From Planctomycetota bacterium (GTDB lineage: Bacteria; Planctomycetota; GCA-002687715; DRQF01): a DNA stretch of 64,000 bases. Both the position numbers and the translations under genes were made by a program. The DNA is taken from positions 28,569-92,568 of the forward strand of contig JAZGFI010000099.1 of the NCBI GenBank assembly GCA_036479435.1. Direction: 5' to 3'. The notes beneath the pieces are model-generated. The model saw only the letters and a list, made by a program, of their open reading frames with translations, did not search any database and was not told the origin of the DNA. Shown piece after piece: positions 60,717-64,000 of the stretch. Every line of letters begins with the position of its first letter. Position 1 is the stretch's first letter.

Positions 60717-61375
60717 GATTACACCTCTTTAGAGCTTTGGATTGATGTCAGACGAAGGTCTGCTGATTGTAGTCGACGGCCCGGTGCTGCGCTCACGCGA
60801 ATTGGTTTTGGGGTAGCGGGAGAGCCGGGGAGGTGAACCGAGTGTGACGAGATCGGAGCGCATACCTAACTTACTTATCGATCCACCCCCCTGGTGGCTT
60901 CCCGGGCTTCCTTACCGCAGGGCCTGTGCCAAGACTTAGCTCTGAGCCCTCCCTTTTTACCCAAAGGGCCTCCAGGAGCCTCAAACCGACGCCGAGGATA
61001 GGTTGTGAGAAACCGCGCTCCTAGCGAGCCCCCTGTAAAACCCCAGTTCTTTGTGCGATAGCGCTCCGGGTTGGCCCCAGTGGCAAAGGAGATCTGACCC
61101 CGGGCGCTCTCGACTCCAGGACAGGGGGCCGCAAAGACTCGGGATATTTTTCTAGTGGGGCGACCGCCCCAACTCCTGTACCTAACCTCGCTTGTGAAGA
61201 ATGCTGCAAGAATGCCCAGGAATTCACCCAACGAAGGCTCAATTGAGGGTGGGTAAGTTCCGAATTTGAGGTGGAGGGAACATTCTCCAGAGTGAGTAAG
61301 AGAGGCTTTCCCAGCTGTGAAGAGCGGGGACCAAGACTGCGGTCCGTACCCCGACCAGATGGGAGATACCGAAAC

Positions 61376-61918
61376 ATGCCGGCAGAACTTGTCAGCAAAC
61401 AACAGAGGCAGGAGATGATCGTTGAGATCGTCAAGAGCAAGGAGGTTCACAACCAGCTTGAACTAATCCGCCTTTTGGAGGCCCGTGGCATCACGGCGAC
61501 ACAATCCAGTGTTTCCCGCGATATCCACGAGCTTTCGATTGCGAAAGTGGACGGGCGCTACGTGGTGGCGGTTCTACCGATCACCAGTAGCGACGGAGAT
61601 GTCATTGAAGAGAACCCGGCTCATGCCTTTGTCACCACGCTCGCTCCGGCGGGCCAAAACCTCCTCATCGTTAATACGATGCCGGGAGGCGGCAAGGCGG
61701 TGGGACGCTCGATTCAGAACGCGCGTTGGCCCGAAGTGTTGGGATTGATCTGTGGTGGAGACACTCTCTTCATCGCCGTGCCCGACAAAAGGGAGCAGCT
61801 GCGCTTGATGACACGACTTCAAGAGTTCATGGAGAAGCCCGAATTGCCGGAGGACCCAGGTCTCCCCGCGTTCGCGCGCTTCGACAGTCAGCCTGCGCCG
61901 ATGCCCTTCGGCAACTAG
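61376..61918 (+). CDS. argR: Arginine repressor family regulator
   Basis: RQ..I.EIV, NQLEL, TQSSVSRDIHEL, LLIVNTMPG, VLGLICGGDTLFI. Confidence 0.85.
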   Translation: MPAELVSKQQRQEMIVEIVKSKEVHNQLELIRLLEARGITATQSSVSRDIHELSIAKVDGRYVVAVLPITSSDGDVIEENPAHAFVTTLAPAGQNLLIVNTMPGGGKAVGRSIQNARWPEVLGLICGGDTLFIAVPDKREQLRLMTRLQEFMEKPELPEDPGLPAFARFDSQPAPMPFGN

Positions 61919-61992
61919 TCGAAAGATCGGGTCAGGCGAAGCAGGTCAAGGCGAGTAGCGGTCACCCCGCTGCTCGCCTTTTCTTTCAAGCG

Positions 61993-62427
61993 CTAAGACA
62001 GCAAGCGCCTCAGGGCACTGCGGCGACCATCGAGAAGATCCTCTAGACTGACGCCGTCGAGGACCGAGAAAAACGCGCGCCCGGCGTCGGCCAAGACCGA
62101 ATTGAGGGTGCAGGCTTTCGCGATTACGCAGTCTCCGCTCTCTTCTTGGCACTCGACGAGAGCGAGAGGGCCCTCGAAGCGCCGCACCACATCGCCAATG
62201 ATGATGTCTTTGGGTTGCAGCCCCAAACAAATGCCCCCGCCGCGGCCTCGCTTCACCTCCACGAGACCCTCGTGACCGAGGCGATTCACGACTTTGCTGA
62301 GGTGGTTAAAAGAGATGTCGAACGCCCTCGCGATATCCGGCGAGATTGCCCATTCGCCTGGATGAGCCCCCAGGTATAAGAGCACCCGCAGCGCGTAGTC
62401 GGTATGGCCAGTCAATCGCATGGTCAT
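61993..62427 (-). CDS. nsrR: Rrf2-family NO-sensing repressor NsrR
   Basis: MRLT.HTDYALRVLLYL, NHLSKVV, RGRGGG, three Cys in LVEC...C.I...C. Confidence 0.88.
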   Translation of the reverse strand: MTMRLTGHTDYALRVLLYLGAHPGEWAISPDIARAFDISFNHLSKVVNRLGHEGLVEVKRGRGGGICLGLQPKDIIIGDVVRRFEGPLALVECQEESGDCVIAKACTLNSVLADAGRAFFSVLDGVSLEDLLDGRRSALRRLLS

Positions 62428-62446
62428 GATGTTAGCGCCGCCTCGT

Positions 62447-63433
62447 TCAAGTCTCCACGGCCGGTGCGAAAGGATCGCCAAGGATGTCGTCGAGTGCAGC
62501 CCCGGACAAAAAGAACTCTCGACGCAACTGATTGACTAGATTCGGATCACCGCAAAGAAAGATCCGTTGACCTCGAGGCTCGGGGGCCAGCTTTCGCAGC
62601 AGCTCAAAGAGATCGCCCACAACGCAATCCTCGGCGGCGAGGCTTTTGGGATCTTCTTTGACGACGGTCGAGGAAGTCAGGTTGTCGTGGCGCGCCGCCA
62701 ATTCTCTCAACTCTTCAAGCAAGTAGAGGCGGTCGGGAGTCAGCCCGGCTTGAAGGACGTTGATGGGGCCACGGTGCCCGACTGCGAGCGCAGATCTCAG
62801 CACCGCCCACAGCGGCGCCATGCCCGTCCCCACCCCCACCAAGAACAGCCCCTGGTCGAGTTTGCCGGCTTCGTAGGTGCAGTCGCCGCGTGGACCCTCT
62901 GCTTGTAGGGTCTCGCCGATGTTTAGTTCGTCGGCAAGGAACCCACTCATCCTCCCGTCGGGAATCTGGCGAACATGAAGCTCAATCAGATCCTCATTCG
63001 CAAGGCTGGCAATTGAATAACTGCGGGCAAGGCCATCGGGCTTTTCGAGCGCAATAAACTGCCCCCCCAAAAACGCTGGCATTCCCGTCGCCTTGAAACG
63101 CAAACGGAAAATGGATGGCGCCAAGAAGTCGCGTTCGACAAGTTCAAGTTGGAATCTCGAAGCCCCTGCAAGTGCGTCGCTTGCGTCAGCGATGGAAAGA
63201 GAACCTTGGGGCCGGCACTGGCAGGACAAAAATAGACCCGCCGCACGGGCGCGAGGCCGGAGTCCAGCTTGAGAAGCCTTGGGCAACTCCCCCTCAAGAC
63301 AGCGCAAAAGGCAGCTTTGACAAGCGCCACTTCGGCAACTGTTCGAGATCTTTTCTCCGGCCCGTAAGAGCCCCTCCAGGACCGATTCCCCCGCTTCGAG
63401 ATCAAAGGTCCGATCGCGAAAACGGATCTGCAT
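62447..63433 (-). CDS. 2Fe-2S ferredoxin + FAD/NAD(P)H reductase
   Basis: SCRSGACQSC...LSCQ, RSYSIAS, GVGTGMAP, FLCGDP. Confidence 0.92.
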   Translation of the reverse strand: MQIRFRDRTFDLEAGESVLEGLLRAGEKISNSCRSGACQSCLLRCLEGELPKASQAGLRPRARAAGLFLSCQCRPQGSLSIADASDALAGASRFQLELVERDFLAPSIFRLRFKATGMPAFLGGQFIALEKPDGLARSYSIASLANEDLIELHVRQIPDGRMSGFLADELNIGETLQAEGPRGDCTYEAGKLDQGLFLVGVGTGMAPLWAVLRSALAVGHRGPINVLQAGLTPDRLYLLEELRELAARHDNLTSSTVVKEDPKSLAAEDCVVGDLFELLRKLAPEPRGQRIFLCGDPNLVNQLRREFFLSGAALDDILGDPFAPAVET

Positions 63434-63804
63434 TACTCAGCGCGCCCCATCACCTGATCACGAAGACCTTCCATGCGCTCGGCCACGGTGTCGACATCTT
63501 CTTGGGATATGCCCAGGGAGAGAAGGGTCTCACCGAGATGCTTGATGACGGTGTCGACGTGGGCGTCCTTCATTCCTTGGTCCCGAAGGGCGGCATGCCC
63601 CTTGTTCATGTCGAGGCCGGTGTAGTTGTTGGGACCACCGAGGGCAACGGTCAAAAACGCCTTTTGCTTGGCGATCTGGCCCTCCATGTCGACGTCCGCA
63701 AAAAAGTTCGCGACGGATTCGTCGCGCAGCATGCGCCGATAGAACTCTTCGGTGGCGGCCTGGAGGGCATCATCGCCCCCGAACTTTTCAAATAGTGTCG
63801 TCAT
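63433..63804 (-). CDS. glbN: Group I truncated hemoglobin (trHbN)
   Basis: TLFEKFGG, FYRRML.D...FF, Q..KQKAFL..ALGGPNNYTG..M..GH. Confidence 0.93.
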   Translation of the reverse strand: MTTLFEKFGGDDALQAATEEFYRRMLRDESVANFFADVDMEGQIAKQKAFLTVALGGPNNYTGLDMNKGHAALRDQGMKDAHVDTVIKHLGETLLSLGISQEDVDTVAERMEGLRDQVMGRAE

Positions 63805-63821
63805 GAATTGCCTCTCGTTTA

Positions 63822-63844
63822 AACATGCATTTCATTTGCATGTT
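63822..63844. promoter_or_regulatory. NsrR operator (23-bp palindrome)
   Basis: AACATGCA-TTTCATT-TGCATGTT, 17 nt upstream of glbN; same size and symmetry as known NsrR boxes. Confidence 0.8.
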
Positions 63845-63867
63845 AAGAATCACAACAACGTTTTCAA
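63840..63867 (-). promoter_or_regulatory. Sigma70-like promoter of the glbN operon
   Basis: Minus strand TTGAAA-N16-TAACAT; the -10 overlaps the NsrR box. Confidence 0.5.
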
Positions 63868-63887
63868 CAACCTGCTATACGGCGTCA

Positions 63888-63942
63888 GACTAAATTCTCC
63901 CGCTTTTTTAGGTCAGACCTAAAAAAGCGGGAGAATTTAGTC
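63888..63942. repeat. Perfect 55-bp palindrome (27-1-27)
   Basis: GACTAAATTCTCCCGCTTTTTTAGGTC-A-GACCTAAAAAAGCGGGAGAATTTAGTC. Confidence 0.95.
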
Positions 63943-64000
63943 GTCGGGTAGACCAGGGAGATTTTTCTCCCCAGCCCCCCACAGATCCGGACGTGCGCGA
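63943..64000 (-). mobile_element. 3' end of a group II intron (3' strand of domain V + domain VI), continuing beyond the window
   Basis: Minus strand CGC-AC-GTCCGGATC TGT GGGGGGCTGGGGAGA-AAAA-TCTCCCTGGTCT-A-CCC GAC; bulged A 7 nt from the terminal AC. Confidence 0.85.

Noticed and set aside
61080..61150. GGCAAA...GCCGCAAAG reminiscent of a c-di-GMP-I riboswitch
   Set aside because: It lacks the GAAA-capped P2 stem and the tetraloop receptor; the spacing is wrong.
61193..61210. TGAAGAATGCTGCA as an ARG box upstream of argR
   Set aside because: Weak single match, not AT-rich, and no tandem partner box.
60875..61450. 191-aa and 139-aa minus-strand ORFs upstream of argR
   Set aside because: They overlap the argR start antisense, and have atypical composition and no recognisable domain.
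63888..63942. Palindrome as a protelomerase (telRL-like) target
   Set aside because: It has an odd-centred symmetry axis and no protelomerase is visible in the window; size similarity alone is not evidence.
1..64000. CRISPR array, rRNA, complete tRNA, transposase, integron integrase or prophage genes
   Set aside because: I saw no regularly spaced repeats or diagnostic motifs by eye; short or degenerate elements could have been missed.

Overview
GC-rich bacterial chromosomal window of about 55 CDS. The host is most plausibly an uncultured Planctomycetota. This is an inference from the giant ECF-sigma/transmembrane/beta-sandwich fusion, the HEAT+vWA protein and the many large secreted TPR or thioredoxin-like proteins. 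Most of the window is core or envelope genes: lepB, mgtE, a UvrD/Rep helicase, rnd, fmt, rsmB, an MraY/WecA transferase plus O-antigen-ligase-like protein, a class V aminotransferase, a LeuA-family synthase, M20 and M28 peptidases, GH113, a PAS/GAF histidine kinase, a REC-GGDEF cyclase and argR. The most notable observations are: (1) a solitary integron gene cassette (FRG-domain gene plus attC) inserted at a secondary G|CT site, with the crossover on the stop codon of a B12 radical-SAM gene; (2) the 3' end (domains V-VI) of a group II intron at the window edge, abutting a perfect 27-1-27 bp palindrome; (3) an NsrR-box-controlled operon of truncated hemoglobin, 2Fe-2S/FAD reductase and nsrR; (4) an ECF-like sigma factor with two Cys clusters coupled to a zinc anti-sigma; (5) an AlbA_2/HATPase gene plus a frameshifted ParA; (6) a fragmented ECF fusion pseudogene; (7) several apparent pseudo-enzymes. 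I found no CRISPR array, rRNA or complete tRNA. All family calls come from motif reading by eye, not from database searches.
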